Below are positions 63,335 through 64,000 of a DNA stretch of 64,000 nucleotides, piece after piece. Each line of letters begins with the position of its first letter. The first letter of the stretch is position 1. The notes under the pieces are model-generated. The model made no database searches. It was given only the letters and a program-made list of their open reading frames with translations, and was not told where the DNA came from. The translations under genes were made by a program, and so were the position numbers. This DNA is from an uncultured Planctomycetaceae bacterium (GTDB lineage Bacteria > Planctomycetota > Planctomycetia > Isosphaerales > Isosphaeraceae), in assembly GCA_963833985.1 (NCBI GenBank), contig CAWIAD010000001.1:1184001-1248000 (forward strand), given 5' to 3'.

Positions 63335-63778
63335 ATGCCCGGCTGCGTTCTGCGAGCCTTTGGCCGGGATTTTCAGGTGGATGAATTCCTCGCTGAGTGC
63401 GACTGGGACCCCTGCGAGGTCTGGCGGCTGGGGGAACAGCAAGCGACGCGCCGGCCCCCTGATGAGACCTCCGGTTTCAATCTGGTCATCAGTGAGGCCC
63501 CTGGAACCGATCTGGAACGCCAGGTTGAGGATGCGATCGGCTTCCTCGTCAATTACCGAGACGAGCTGGAACGTCTCTCGGAGACCCCGGGCGTCGATCA
63601 CATTCTGCTGGATTTTGGAATCACGCGGCGCAACGTGCCACTCCAGAGCGACTTCTTGCCGGGGCGGCTGGTCCGCCTGGCCGGCAGGTTCGGCCTGGGT
63701 ATCGAATTGTCGCAGTATCCGGGCGAGGACGCGCACGTCCATCTGCTGCTGGGACTCAGGCCCGGAGACAGTGAGTGA
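63335..63778 (+). CDS. DUF4279-like protein
   Basis: CVLRAFGRDFQVDEFL...LVRLAGRFGLGIELSQY. Confidence 0.6.
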   Translation: MPGCVLRAFGRDFQVDEFLAECDWDPCEVWRLGEQQATRRPPDETSGFNLVISEAPGTDLERQVEDAIGFLVNYRDELERLSETPGVDHILLDFGITRRNVPLQSDFLPGRLVRLAGRFGLGIELSQYPGEDAHVHLLLGLRPGDSE

Positions 63779-63889
63779 CCACGCACCACCGCGCTGGCGC
63801 ACAAGGCTCACGGACCTACCCGGCAACCCGCGGCCTGGCTGGGAGGGAGAACCAGGCGGGGGTCGTCCAGGGAGTATCTCAAGCGCGCA

Positions 63890-64000
63890 TCACAGGTCGA
63901 AGTAGAGGAAGAACTCGTACGGCACGGGGCGTAGGTTCACTGGCGCCAGCTCGCGCTCGCGCTTGTAGGTGAGCCAGGTCTCGATGACGTCCTTGGTGAA
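63890..64000 (-). CDS. glnA: C-terminus of type I glutamine synthetase (partial; apparent indel near 63955)
   Basis: [34 protein letters not shown]. Confidence 0.8.
   Translation of the reverse strand, partial: FTKDVIETWLTYKRERELAPVNLRPVPYEFFLYFDL

Overview
High-GC bacterial DNA that looks planctomycete, judging by DUF1559, PSCyt-type cytochrome, WD40 kinase, TadE/TadG and DUF4058 genes. From left to right: a kinase-WD40 gene end, a DUF1559 gene, an orphan hypA, a decayed large serine recombinase, a redox cassette (two aldo/keto reductases, methylmalonate-semialdehyde dehydrogenase, Mo-oxidoreductase, nitroreductase) and two moeA genes. The centre is a complete type I-B (Myxan/Cmx8 branch) CRISPR-Cas locus: WYL, cas6, cas3, an insert, a second cas6, cas8, cas7, cas5, cas4-cas1, cas2, leader and about 90 repeats. 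The most interesting part is the insert at 20906-21617. It holds an antisense one-spacer mini-CRISPR of two degenerate repeats. Its spacer matches 16/19 nt (mismatches at positions 6, 9 and 12) a site about 85 bp away that is preceded by the ATG PAM. That site sits just upstream of the RBS of a sigma-70-like module, encoded as separate region-2 and region-4 ORFs and translationally coupled to cas6-cas8. I infer a Cascade-autorepressed operon that carries its own sigma-like output. The right half is mostly housekeeping and accessory genes. Several have single-base frameshifts that probably reflect assembly indels, which is a caveat for the split-sigma call. All calls are by eye from motifs; no database searches were run.
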